Part shown: positions 31,271 to 42,500 of the stretch, in pieces
How positions within the stretch are numbered: position 1 is the stretch's first letter
Layout of the letters: each line of letters begins with the position of its first letter
Assembly: GCA_963675595.2 (NCBI GenBank)
Contig: CAXXLZ010000002.1
Span: 3,104,001-3,168,000, forward strand
Reading direction: 5' to 3'
Origin: Thermodesulfobacteriota bacterium
Lineage (GTDB): Bacteria; Desulfobacterota; Desulfarculia; JACQYL01
DNA length: 64,000 nt
Notes under the pieces: generated by a model
Databases searched by the model: none
The model's input: the letters and a program-made list of their open reading frames with translations, nothing else
Told to the model about the DNA's origin: nothing
Program-made: the position numbers and the translations under genes

Positions 31271-34200
31271 ATGAGCGACGGAAGAGAACGAGATGGTGAG
31301 TTCCTGAAGAACCTGGGTGATGGAGATGTCCCGGCGACGGCCTCCCGCGACGAAAGAACGGCCGCAACAGGTCCGGATAGGCTTCTGGAGGAACTTCGCG
31401 TCCATCAAGCGGAGCTGGAAATGCAGAATGAAGAGCTTCGGGCCGCCCGGGAGTCCATGGAGGTATCATGGGACCGGTTTTCAGCTCTTTTTCATCGCAC
31501 TCCCGTGGGGTATGTGCTTCTCGACGAGAGGGGCATGATCCTGGAAGTGAACGAAACTTTTCTCCGGATGGTCGGGCGTACGAAGGATCGTGTAAGAAAC
31601 GGGGCCTTTTTCGCATTCATCGGGGAAGGAGACAGATCGGTATTTCAAGGGCATTACGAGGCGCTTTTTAACAACCCGGCGGGTAAGTCGGCGGAATTCG
31701 AGCTTCTCACGGAAGGCGAATCCGTTTGGGTTCGGATGGACGCCTCCAGGATCGGTGGCTTCGAGGATTCCCCGATGGAAGAAAAGTCCTTGCTGTTCCT
31801 GACCCTGGGCGATATTTCGGAACGCAAACGGGCGGAAGAACGCGAGAGCCACATCAAGCGGGTGCTGATGGCGGTGCGCAACGTGAACCAATTGATCGTC
31901 CAGGAAACCGATCCTCTGAGACTGATTGACACGGCCTGCAAGAATCTTACGGAAACGTTGGGCTACTTTCAGGCCTGGATCGCCCTGTTGGATGAGACGG
32001 GCCGAGTGCAGGCCACGGCTTCTTCCGGTTTCGCAGGTGGATTCGACGCCATGCGCACAGGCCTCAAGAGTGGAGCATACCCCGCTTACGTCCGCCGAAC
32101 TCTGAATCAGGACCGCATCACCGTGGTGGAGGACCCGGTTTCGGAGTGCCCGGACTGTCCTCTATCCGAGCTGTATGCGACACGGGCCGGTTTTGCGCGG
32201 CGTTTGGAGCACGGCGGAAAGGTCTTCGGCCTCCTGGCTGTCTCCGTTCCCTCCCGTTACGCACCGGACCGGGAAGAACAGGACCTTTTCGAGGAACTGG
32301 CGGGCGATTTGGCGTTCGGCCTGCACAAGATTCAATCGGCCGAGGCGCTCCGTCTGAGTGAAGAGAAGTTTTCCACCGCATTTCAGACTTCCCCTTACAT
32401 CATTACCATCACCAGGGCTGAAGACGGCCGGTTTGTCGACGTAAACGACGCATTCACCCGAATCTCCGGCTACACGCGTGAGGAGGCCCTGGCCGACTCG
32501 TCCATCGGACTTCGTCTTTGGGTCGACGAGAATGATCGAAATCGTGCGGTGTCCGCTCTTTCCCGAGGGGAAAAGGTGGTGGGGGAGGAATTCCTCTTTC
32601 GAATAAAAAATGGTGAAATCATCACGGGATTGTTTTCGGCCCAAGTCGTCCGAATCCATGATGAAGTCTGCATCTTGTCCAGCATCAACGACATCACCGA
32701 CCGCAAACGGGTGGAGCAGAGCCTCCTGAACTCTCACCTGAGGCTGGAGACCGCGGTGCGGGCGGGGCATGTGGGCTTGTGGGATTGGGACGTCCGTTCC
32801 GATAGAGTCCGCTACTCGCCTGAATGGAAACGGCAGATCGGTTATGAGGAAGACGAGATCGGGGAGGATTTTCAAGAATGGGAAAGCCGGGTTCATCCCG
32901 AGGATCTGGGACCGGCTCTCGACAAGGTGGCCTCGTTTGTGCATTCGGATGCAACCAATTACTGGACCGAGTTTCGTTTTCGGCACAAGGACGGTTCATA
33001 TCGGTGGATTCTGGCCCAGGCCACCGTTCAGCGCGACGAAGCCGGCGGACCCGTCCGAGTGCTCGGCTCCCACGTGGACATCACCGAACGGAAGCGAGAG
33101 GAGCAACTCACCAAGTTGCGTCTGATGCTCATTGAATTCGCCGCGGAGCACACGCTGGATCAACTTCTCACGAAGGCGCTCGACGAAATCGGGGCGTTGG
33201 TGGAGAGTCCCATCGGGTTCTACCATTTCGTGGAAGAGGATCAGGAGACGCTCTGCCTGCAACAATGGTCCACCTCGACCCTCGAACGGTTTTGCAAGGC
33301 CCAAGGACAGGGAATGCACTATCCCGTCCATCAAGCCGGCGTTTGGGTGGAATGTGTGCACACTCGTAAGCCGGTGATACATAACGACTATGCCTCCCTG
33401 CCGAACAAGAAGGGGCTCCCGGCCGGGCACGCGGAAGTGATCCGTGAGTTGTTGGTTCCGGTGATGCGTGAAGACCGGGTAGTGGCCATTCTGGGCGTGG
33501 GGAACAAACCGGGCGATTATTCGCAACGGGACGCGGAGATGGTTTCCTATCTGGCCGACGTCACCTGGGAAATCGTCAAACGGAAGCGGACCGAAGAGGC
33601 GCTGCGTGAAAGTGAAGCGCGGCACCGGATGATCCTGCAGACGGCCATGGACGGATTCTGGATGGCGGATGAGCGGGGCCGTCCCTTAACGGTAAATGAC
33701 GCTTATTGCCGAATGTCCGGGTACAGCCGAGAAGAACTCCTCGCCATGCGGATTTCAGATTTGGAGGTGATTCAAGAGGGCGAAGACCTTGCGGCGCACC
33801 TGCGGAAAGTCGTTGAGCAGGGACAGGATCGCTTCGAAACCCGCCACCGCGGAAAGGACGGCACTGTTTTTGATGTTGAAATCAGCGTCCAGTACCTTCC
33901 CGCCGAAGAAAGCCGCTTTATGGCTTTTATTCGCGACATCACACGACGAAATCTGGCCGAGGCTGAAAAGGAGAGACTGCGAGGCCAGTTGATTCAGGCT
34001 CAGAAAATGGAATCGGTGGGTCGTTTGGCGGGCGGCGTGGCCCACGACTTCAACAACATGCTGGGGGTCATCTTGGGTCATGCGGAGCTCGCCATCGAAC
34101 AGACGAAACCCGGTGAACCACTCTTTTCCGATCTACGGGAGATTCAGAAGGCGGCCCAGCGATCGGCCGATCTTACTCGCCAACTCCTGGCCTTCGCACG

Positions 34201-35140
34201 AAAACAGACCATCTCGCCCCAAGTGCTTGATCTGAACCAAGCCGTGGAAGGCATGCTCAAGATGCTCCGTCGTCTGATCGGGGAGGACATCGACCTATCC
34301 TGGCTGCCGGGAGGCCACTTGTGGAAGGTCTACATGGACCCGTCCCAAGTCGACCAGGTGGTGGCCAACCTGTGTGTCAATGCCCGGGACGCCGTCGGAA
34401 AATTCGGCAAGATCACGATCGAAACGGAAAACATGGACGTGGATGAAGGCTACTGCGCTCATCGGCCGGGATTGGCCCCCGGCGAGTATGTGGTGTTGAG
34501 TGTGAGCGACAATGGGTGCGGCATGGATCGAGAGACCCTGTCGCAGCTGTTCGAACCGTTCTTTACCACCAAAAGGCTGGGAAAAGGGACGGGTTTGGGG
34601 CTTGCGACGGTCTACGGCATCGTTAAACAGAATGAAGGTCATATCAATGTCTACAGCGAGCCCGGCAAGGGAACGAGTTTCAGGGTCTATTTCCCCAGGT
34701 ATTCGGCCGAGGGTGGGAGTGCCATTCAAGAGAGAGCGGCCCAGCGGGTCCCGGGTGGTGATGAAACCATCCTGATGGTGGAAGACGAGGAAGCGATGCT
34801 CAAAATGGCCAAAACCATGCTTGAACGGCTTGGATATCGGGTTTTGGCTGCGGGCGCCCCGGATCTCGCTTTGGCATTGGCCGATGAGCATGCCGGCGAA
34901 ATAGACCTGCTCATAACCGATGTGGTCATGCCGGGAATGAACGGAAAGGAATTGGCGCAACGGCTCCTCGAGCTGTACCCGAGGATCGGAACACTCTTTG
35001 CCTCAGGCTACACGGCCAATGTCATTGCCGATCACGGTGTATTGGATGAAGGCGTGCATTTCATACAGAAGCCGTTTTCCGCCAAGGAATTGGCGAGCAA
35101 GGTGCGGGAAGCCTTATCGACGAAATCAACCGGACGATGA
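31271..35140 (+). CDS. Hybrid histidine kinase: coiled coil, PAS, GAF, PAS, PAS, GAF, PAS, HK, REC
   Basis: ELRVHQAELEMQNEELR; GAF ...HNDYASLPNKKGLPAGHA...LGVGNK; AGGVAHDFNN; REC. Confidence 0.96.
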   Translation: MSDGRERDGEFLKNLGDGDVPATASRDERTAATGPDRLLEELRVHQAELEMQNEELRAARESMEVSWDRFSALFHRTPVGYVLLDERGMILEVNETFLRMVGRTKDRVRNGAFFAFIGEGDRSVFQGHYEALFNNPAGKSAEFELLTEGESVWVRMDASRIGGFEDSPMEEKSLLFLTLGDISERKRAEERESHIKRVLMAVRNVNQLIVQETDPLRLIDTACKNLTETLGYFQAWIALLDETGRVQATASSGFAGGFDAMRTGLKSGAYPAYVRRTLNQDRITVVEDPVSECPDCPLSELYATRAGFARRLEHGGKVFGLLAVSVPSRYAPDREEQDLFEELAGDLAFGLHKIQSAEALRLSEEKFSTAFQTSPYIITITRAEDGRFVDVNDAFTRISGYTREEALADSSIGLRLWVDENDRNRAVSALSRGEKVVGEEFLFRIKNGEIITGLFSAQVVRIHDEVCILSSINDITDRKRVEQSLLNSHLRLETAVRAGHVGLWDWDVRSDRVRYSPEWKRQIGYEEDEIGEDFQEWESRVHPEDLGPALDKVASFVHSDATNYWTEFRFRHKDGSYRWILAQATVQRDEAGGPVRVLGSHVDITERKREEQLTKLRLMLIEFAAEHTLDQLLTKALDEIGALVESPIGFYHFVEEDQETLCLQQWSTSTLERFCKAQGQGMHYPVHQAGVWVECVHTRKPVIHNDYASLPNKKGLPAGHAEVIRELLVPVMREDRVVAILGVGNKPGDYSQRDAEMVSYLADVTWEIVKRKRTEEALRESEARHRMILQTAMDGFWMADERGRPLTVNDAYCRMSGYSREELLAMRISDLEVIQEGEDLAAHLRKVVEQGQDRFETRHRGKDGTVFDVEISVQYLPAEESRFMAFIRDITRRNLAEAEKERLRGQLIQAQKMESVGRLAGGVAHDFNNMLGVILGHAELAIEQTKPGEPLFSDLREIQKAAQRSADLTRQLLAFARKQTISPQVLDLNQAVEGMLKMLRRLIGEDIDLSWLPGGHLWKVYMDPSQVDQVVANLCVNARDAVGKFGKITIETENMDVDEGYCAHRPGLAPGEYVVLSVSDNGCGMDRETLSQLFEPFFTTKRLGKGTGLGLATVYGIVKQNEGHINVYSEPGKGTSFRVYFPRYSAEGGSAIQERAAQRVPGGDETILMVEDEEAMLKMAKTMLERLGYRVLAAGAPDLALALADEHAGEIDLLITDVVMPGMNGKELAQRLLELYPRIGTLFASGYTANVIADHGVLDEGVHFIQKPFSAKELASKVREALSTKSTGR

Positions 35141-35396
35141 CGACAAAGCGAATAGCGGTTTCCTGTTGATACGCCAAAAATGAGGCGGCGAGGAGATATT
35201 CGAGAATGAGGAACGTGCCCAATCCGGAGGCGCACGAGGCGTCCTACAAGGAAACACCATGTAGATGTTATTATTGGAAGCATAAAATAGATTAGTTTGG
35301 ATACTATCAGCGAAAATAATCATCGATTAATAAATATGACAATATTTGATTTAGTTCTGCAAGGTTCATTCCAAATGGACATTCTGCCGGAGTTGA

Positions 35397-38300
35397 ATGA
35401 TGAAATTTAGGCTGCAAGACTTGATCGGCATCGATCATTTTCAGAACCTGCAGGACAGGTTGAACAAAATCTATTCCTTTCCATCATCTATTATCGATAA
35501 TGAAGGCAATATTTTAACAGCCACGGCCTGGCAGGATATTTGCCAAAAGTTTCACAGGAAAAACAAGGAATGTGAGCGAGAATGCATCAAGAGCGACCAG
35601 TATATTCTTGATCATCTTCATGAGGCGAGCCCCGCCGTGAGTTACCGATGTCCACATGGCTTGGTGGATAACGCTTCGCCCATCATTATAGATGGAGTTC
35701 ATTACGGGAATTTCTTCACTGGACAATTCTTTCTTGAAGAACCGGATCTGAGCTTTTTCAGAACTCAAGCCAAGAAGTATGGGTTCCCGGAAGAAGCCTA
35801 TCTTGAGGCTGTTAAAAAGGTGCCCATTTGGACCCGGGAACAATTGAATAACTATCTATTTTTCATCAAAGGGCTGATTTCGGTCATTATTGAAAGTGCT
35901 TTAAAGACACTCAAGGAGAAGGAAAGTCTTAAGCAGATTCAGAAACGGGAGCATCGCTACCGATCAATATTAAAGGCCGCCATGGATGGTTATTGGCGAA
36001 CTGATGTTAATGGTCGAATTTTGGAAGTCAACGAAGCTTACTGCAAAATGAGCGGATATTGCGAAGACGAACTGTTGACTATGAGTATTGCTGATTTTGA
36101 GTATTTTGAGACTCCGAAACTTGTGACCGAGCATATGCAGAAAGTCGTGTCGACAAGTTACGATCGATTTGAATCCAAGCATCGCCGTAAAGATGGAACA
36201 ACATTCGATGTCGAGGTCAGCATTCAATACCGTCCGGAAGAAGACGGACAATGCGTTTGTTTTCTTCGGGACATAACAGATCGAAAGCAAGCCCAGGAGG
36301 CGGTGCGCAAGCAAAGAGATCACGCCCAAAGAATACTGAATACGGTTCAAGCCATCATCGTCGCATTAAATAGAGAAGGCCGTGTAACTTTGATCAATCC
36401 GAAGGGCTGCCGATTGCTCGGTTATAGTGAAGACGAAATCTTGGGCCGACATTGGTTTTCTGAATTTCTCCCACAGCCGGACGGAATGGAGGATGTGTAT
36501 CCTTTCTTTTTGAGACTTGTTGCCGATGAAATTGAAGCGGCGGAGTATTTCGAAAACCCTATTGTCACTCGAAAAGGCGAGTTTCGGCAGATTGCATGGC
36601 ACAATGCATTGATGTATGACGAAAACGGGACGCTTATCGGGGTCCTGAGCGCCGGGGAAGACATCACTGAGCGCAAGCGTGCCGAGAAGAAACAGAAAAA
36701 GCTGGAGGCTCAGCTGTCGGACGCCATGAACATAGCCGATCTTGGACATTGGGACTACAATGTCGAGAACGATTTATTCAAATTTAATGACCAATTCTAC
36801 AGACTATTTCGTACCACGGCCGAACAGGCCGGGGGATATCTTATGTCATCGGCGGAATATGCCAAAAGATTTGTCCACCCGGAAGACAGGGATCTGGTTG
36901 GAGAAGAAATCCGTAAATCCGTGGAGACATCCGATCCCAACTTCAACAGCCGGCTTGAACACAGGATCATTTATACCGATGGCGAAGTCGGTTACATCTC
37001 CGTCAGATATTTCATCGTTAAGGACGACCATGGGAAGACGGTTAAGACCTACGGGGTGAATCAGGACATCACTGAGCGAAAGCGGGCCTTCGATGAAATC
37101 AAGAAAGCAAATGAAAGAATGCAATTAGCGGCTGATGCCGCGCATTTTGGCATCTGGGATTTTGACATCAAAGAAAATCGACTCGAATGGGACGATTGGA
37201 TGTTTCGGCTCTACGGTATGAGCCGTGATGACTTCAGTGGTGCTTACGAAGCTTGGCAGGCGGGCGTTCATCCGGATGATCTGGAACGGAGCTCCAAAGA
37301 GGTGGAACAGGCTTTGCGTGGGGAAAAGGAATTCGACACGGAGTTTCGCATCGTCCGGCCGGACGGCACAATCCGCCATTTGATTGCGCATGCCGTCGTC
37401 TCCAGGGATCTCGACGGAACTCCCCTCCATATGACGGGCGTCAACTATGACATCACCCAGCGCGTGGAAGCGGAAGCGGCTTTGCGGGAGAGCGAGAATC
37501 GTTTCCGCACCATCTTCGACCACGCCGCCGTGGGTGTGGTGCAGGTGGATTCCAGAAGCGGCCGATTCGTCAAATTCAACCAGAAGTTCCGTGACATCAC
37601 GGGCTTTTCGGATGAAGAGCTTTCTGCTTTAAGATTTCAAGACATTACCCATCCCGAAGACGTGGCGTCCGATACGGCGAATCTGACTCGACTGGTGGCG
37701 GGGGATATCCGGACCTACGCACTGGAAAAGCGTTACATCCGAAAGGACCATTCCGTCGTTTGGGTCAGAGTCACCGTATCGCCCACGTGGGCCGCCGGCG
37801 AGGAACCCGGATCTCACATCACGATTGTTGAAGATATCACCGAACGAAAATCCGTGGAGGAGGTGCGAGACCGATTGCAGGCGCAGCTCGTTCAGGCGCA
37901 GAAAATGGAATCGGTGGGTCGTTTGGCCGGGGGGGTGGCCCACGACTTCAACAATATGCTAGGCGTAATCCTGGGCTCCGCGGAAATGGCGTTGGACGAG
38001 ACGAGCCCTGCTGATCCGCAGTATGCCGACCTGAAGGAAATCCACAAGGCGGCTAAACGTTCTTCCGATCTTACAAGACAGCTCCTGGCCTTCGCGCGAA
38101 AGCAGACGATTTCTCCCAAAGTCCTCGACCTGAACGGTACCGTGGAAGGCATGCTCAAGATGCTCAGACGCCTCATCGGCGAGGACATCGTCTTGTCCTG
38201 GTTGCCGGGAAGCCGCTTGTGGAGGATCAAAATGGATCCTTCCCAAGTGGATCAAATACTGGCCAATCTGTGCGTGAATGCGAGGGATGCTGTTTCGGGG

Positions 38301-39053
38301 ACGGGTAGGGTCGTCATCGAAACCAAGAATATTGCCTTGGAGGAGGCCCAATGCCCCGAACGGAACGGCTTCCTGCCCGGCGAATATGTCCTGTTGAGTG
38401 TGAGCGACAACGGCTGCGGCATGGACCGGCAGACCCTGGCCCATTTGTTCGAACCGTTTTTCACCACCAAAGGGATCGGCCAAGGCACGGGCCTGGGATT
38501 GGCTACGATTTACGGTATCGTCAAACAGAACGGAGGATACATCGACGTAGAAAGCGAGCCGGGCAGAGGAACAACATTTTCCATTTACTTTCCGAGAAAC
38601 ATATCTCAGGCGGATACCCCCGCCGATGTAAAAACCGGAAGTCCGGCCGAGCGCGGCCACGAAACCATTCTGCTGGTGGAGGACGAAGCAGCCATGCTGA
38701 ACATGGCGAAAACCATGCTGGAAAGGCTGGGATATCGTGTTTTGCCCTGCAGAACGGCCGTCGAAGCGGAGCGATTGGCGATGGAACACGCCGGCGAAAT
38801 CGATTTGCTCATAACCGATGTGATCATGCCGGATATGAACGGCAAGGAACTCGCCGAACGGCTCACGTCTCGTTACCCGAACATGAGCAGCCTTTTTACA
38901 TCCGGCTACACGGCGGATGTCATCGGTCATCATGGAGTGCTTAAGGAAGGCGTACACTTCATACCGAAGCCGTTCTCGAGAAAGGACTTGGCATGCAAGA
39001 TACGTGACGCTCTTTCGACGCTCCCCTCTTCTTCTCGTCGACAAAACGATTGA
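35397..39053 (+). CDS. Hybrid histidine kinase with N-terminal PocR-like ligand-binding domain and multiple PAS
   Basis: The N-terminus WQDICQKFHR...CIKSD...YRCPHGLVD.ASPIIIDG.H.GNFFTGQFF is typical of PocR; AGGVAHDFNN; REC. Confidence 0.93.
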   Translation: MMKFRLQDLIGIDHFQNLQDRLNKIYSFPSSIIDNEGNILTATAWQDICQKFHRKNKECERECIKSDQYILDHLHEASPAVSYRCPHGLVDNASPIIIDGVHYGNFFTGQFFLEEPDLSFFRTQAKKYGFPEEAYLEAVKKVPIWTREQLNNYLFFIKGLISVIIESALKTLKEKESLKQIQKREHRYRSILKAAMDGYWRTDVNGRILEVNEAYCKMSGYCEDELLTMSIADFEYFETPKLVTEHMQKVVSTSYDRFESKHRRKDGTTFDVEVSIQYRPEEDGQCVCFLRDITDRKQAQEAVRKQRDHAQRILNTVQAIIVALNREGRVTLINPKGCRLLGYSEDEILGRHWFSEFLPQPDGMEDVYPFFLRLVADEIEAAEYFENPIVTRKGEFRQIAWHNALMYDENGTLIGVLSAGEDITERKRAEKKQKKLEAQLSDAMNIADLGHWDYNVENDLFKFNDQFYRLFRTTAEQAGGYLMSSAEYAKRFVHPEDRDLVGEEIRKSVETSDPNFNSRLEHRIIYTDGEVGYISVRYFIVKDDHGKTVKTYGVNQDITERKRAFDEIKKANERMQLAADAAHFGIWDFDIKENRLEWDDWMFRLYGMSRDDFSGAYEAWQAGVHPDDLERSSKEVEQALRGEKEFDTEFRIVRPDGTIRHLIAHAVVSRDLDGTPLHMTGVNYDITQRVEAEAALRESENRFRTIFDHAAVGVVQVDSRSGRFVKFNQKFRDITGFSDEELSALRFQDITHPEDVASDTANLTRLVAGDIRTYALEKRYIRKDHSVVWVRVTVSPTWAAGEEPGSHITIVEDITERKSVEEVRDRLQAQLVQAQKMESVGRLAGGVAHDFNNMLGVILGSAEMALDETSPADPQYADLKEIHKAAKRSSDLTRQLLAFARKQTISPKVLDLNGTVEGMLKMLRRLIGEDIVLSWLPGSRLWRIKMDPSQVDQILANLCVNARDAVSGTGRVVIETKNIALEEAQCPERNGFLPGEYVLLSVSDNGCGMDRQTLAHLFEPFFTTKGIGQGTGLGLATIYGIVKQNGGYIDVESEPGRGTTFSIYFPRNISQADTPADVKTGSPAERGHETILLVEDEAAMLNMAKTMLERLGYRVLPCRTAVEAERLAMEHAGEIDLLITDVIMPDMNGKELAERLTSRYPNMSSLFTSGYTADVIGHHGVLKEGVHFIPKPFSRKDLACKIRDALSTLPSSSRRQND

Positions 39054-39160
39054 CGGTTGTCCTTCGATTAGAAAGACCGGAGATGCGATGGGGGGAGATC
39101 AGCCCAAATGCCGACCGTTTCGGCGCTGAAGGCGCACGAAGCGTCCGACAAGGAAAGGAC

Positions 39161-39193
39161 GTGAAAATATTGATTGTTGAAGACGACTTCACC
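39161..39193 (+). pseudogene. 5' remnant of a response-regulator gene (VKILIVEDDFT)
   Basis: AAGGAAAGGA RBS + GTG AAA ATA TTG ATT GTT GAA GAC GAC TTC ACC gives a REC beta1/acidic pocket, followed by unrelated AT-rich sequence. Confidence 0.55.
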
Positions 39194-39546
39194 ATTGTCG
39201 ATACGATTGATAGGAATGCAACCTCCTGGACATTATGCCTGCCGACAAGATACTTCTTTTTCTGGGCTGTCTTCTTGTACAAATTCTATTTGATCATCAG
39301 ATCATCCCCGATAGATTCAAAGTCTAAAATAAAAGAAAACGATATGACATACAAACCAGAATCTTCGTGTGTCGCTATCGATGACTTTAGGTTATATATG
39401 GTTAACAAATAGACTGAATAAATGGTGAATATCTATAGACTGAGATTACTAAACATTGTTTTTAAGTCTTAAATCCTTCCATCGACACTAAAATAGGAAC
39501 AATCCTTATTGTTAAGGATTTAAATTCTTTCTTGGGAATCAAGTTT

Positions 39547-42500
39547 ATGAAGCCAAAGATTACGGCATCGATAAACCAATTGCTTTTCCTGAGCATGGCC
39601 ATGATCTCGATTATTTCCGTGGTCAGTGTCGGCGCCTTGCTTCTTGTGCGCGATTATATTGATATGCAAAATGAAAGCCGCTTGATTCACGATTCGTACA
39701 TAGAGGAGCAAAAGAAAAAGATTAGATCTGAGGTTGAAAATGCAATTGAACTGATTCAATATCAACACTCGTTGGCTGAAGACCGTCTGAAGGAAAATAT
39801 AAAATCTCGTACCTACGAAGCCGTTTCCATAGCGAAGAACCTATACGAACAGCATTATCAAATTTCCCAACTTGAACATATACGAAAGTTGATTTTTGAT
39901 GCTTTGCGACCGATCCGATTTAATCATGGACGAGGCTACTACTTTGCCACGCGTATGGACGGTGTGGAACTACTGTTTGCCGACCGTCCGGAAATGGAAG
40001 GGAAGAATATCCTTTCGATGCGCGACAGCAACGGTCAATACGTGATCCAAGACATGATCCAAATGGCCCGGACGGAAGGAGAAGGCTACTATCGGTACTT
40101 GTGGACCAAACCCAACCAAACCGGAAAGAGCTTTCCCAAGATTGCCTTTATCAAGTACTTCGATCCGATTCAGGGATTTATCGGGACAGGGGAATATCTG
40201 GACAACATGGAGCAGGACATACAGGGGGAGGTGTTAAAACAGATCGGCAACATTCGCTACGGCGACGACGGCTACATTTTTGTCGTCGGTTTCCGTGGGG
40301 TCACGCTGATGAACGGCGTCCAAACCGAGCTGATAGGCAGGGACATGTGGGAGATGACCGATCCTTACGGCGTCAAGGTCATTCAGGAAGAACGTCGGGC
40401 CGTCGAAAACCCGAACGGGGATTTCATCCATTACCACTGGCGAAAACCCAGCACCGGCGAAATAGCACCCAAGATCTCCTTTGTGAAAGCCTATCGTCCT
40501 TGGGAGTGGATCATCGGCGCCGGTGTTTACGTGGATGAGGTCGAAAAGCAGACCGCCGAACTCGAAAGGAAAAACAGAGACGATGCATTCGGCAAAATGG
40601 TGATGATGGCCCTGATCCTGACCTCCATCTTCCTATTTGTCCTGCTGATTTCAAGTTTCATGTCTCGCAGATTCAGCGACGAATTTGGGCTTCTGGTGGA
40701 TTTTTTCAAGCGCATGGAAGACGAAGGCCGACCGATCAATACCGATGAACTGTCTTTGAAGGAAATGAAGAAGCTAGGGGATTCAGCCAACAGCATGCTT
40801 GCCACTCGCGAAAAGGCGGGAGAGGCGCTCCGGGAAAGTGAGCGGAAATGGCGGAATATCCTTATTGAAACGCCACAGATCGGCGTTTCCCTGAACTCGC
40901 AGGCGGCCGTCGTCTTCTGCAACAAGCGGTTTTTGGAGCTCACGGGGTGGCGGAATGAGGAGGTCTTAGGCCGTAATTGGTTCGACCTCTTTGTTCCCCG
41001 GGAGGTGCGGGCAGAGGTGCGCGGCGTGTTCGATAGTGTAATGCGTTCACGAGACACTCTCGGTCTTTCGAACTACGAGAACGAAATCCTGACGAAATCC
41101 GGGGAGCGCCTGAGTATCGCATGGTCCAATGTACTCACAAAAGACTCGGACGGCACGGTGATCGATGTGACCTGCCTGGGCATCGACTTGACGGAACGCA
41201 AACGAGCGGAGGACGCATTGCGTGAGTCCGAAAGCAAATTCAAAAACTTTTCGGAACAATCCTTGGTCGGAATCTATTTGATTCAGGACGGAGTGTTTCA
41301 ATATGTGAATCCCAGGTTTGCGGAGATTTTTGGCTACAGTGTCGAGGAATGTCGGAACATGTCTTTCCGACAGCTTGTGTATCCGGAAGACCTGGACCAA
41401 GTAGTGGAAAAGGTCGGAAAGCGAATTGCCGGTGAAATCGAGTCCATGCGATATGGGTTCAGGGGCGTAAAGAAGAGCGGCGAGGTCATTCATGTCGAGA
41501 TTTTCGGCTCCTCGATGGAATACAGGGGAAGAACCGCGGCGACGGGAACGATGCTCGATACAACCGCCCGTATGCAGGCGGAGGCCGAAAGGGAGAAGTT
41601 GCAGGCACAGTTGATTCAGGCACAAAAGATGCAATCGATCGGCCGTCTGGCCGGCGGTGTCGCGCATGATTTCAACAACATGCTGGGTGTTATTTTGGGG
41701 CACACCGAACTGGCGATCGAACAGGTGAAACCGGATGAGCCGCTTTTCTCCGATTTGCGTGAAATCCAGTCGGCAGCGCAACGATCCGCCGATCTAACCC
41801 GTAAGCTCCTGGCCTTCGCGCGAAAGCAGACCATCTCTCCCAAGGTCCTCGACCTGAACGAGACCGTGGAAGGCATGCTCAAGATGCTCCGACGCCTCAT
41901 CGGGGAGGACGTCGAGCTGTCATGGCTGCCGGAGGGCCGCTTGTGGACTGTGAATATGGACCCCTCCCAGGTTGATCAGATACTGGCCAACCTGTGCGTC
42001 AATGCCAGGGATGCCGTAGGCAAATTCGGCAAAATCACCATCGGAACGGCGAACACCCGCTTGGACGAAACCAACTGTGCCGACTGTCCGGGGTTGATGC
42101 CGGGTGAATATGTGCAGCTGAGCATAAGCGACAACGGTTGCGGCATGGACCGGAAGGCCCTGTCACAATTGTTTGAGCCCTTCTTCACCACCAAGAAACT
42201 GGGTGAAGGCACCGGACTCGGCCTAGCCACGGTCTACGGTATCGTCCGGCAAAACAACGGCCACATTGACGTCCATAGCGAACCGGGTGAGGGGACGACC
42301 TTCAAGATTTTCCTGCCCAGGTATGTAGATCAGGGTGAGAAAATGGCTCGAAAGGAAGAAAGCCGCTCTGTTCGAGGCGGTCATGAAACCATACTGATCG
42401 TTGAGGACGAGGAAGCAATGCTCAATATGGCCAAAACCATGCTCGAGCGATTGGGGTATCGAGCGCTGGCCGCCGGCACCCCCGGCGAAGCTCTGAAGTT

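Noticed and set aside
18369-39044. Long antisense ORFs resembling one another (18369-19634, 37959-39044 etc.)
   Set aside because: A by-product of GC-biased codon usage in the duplicated kinase tails
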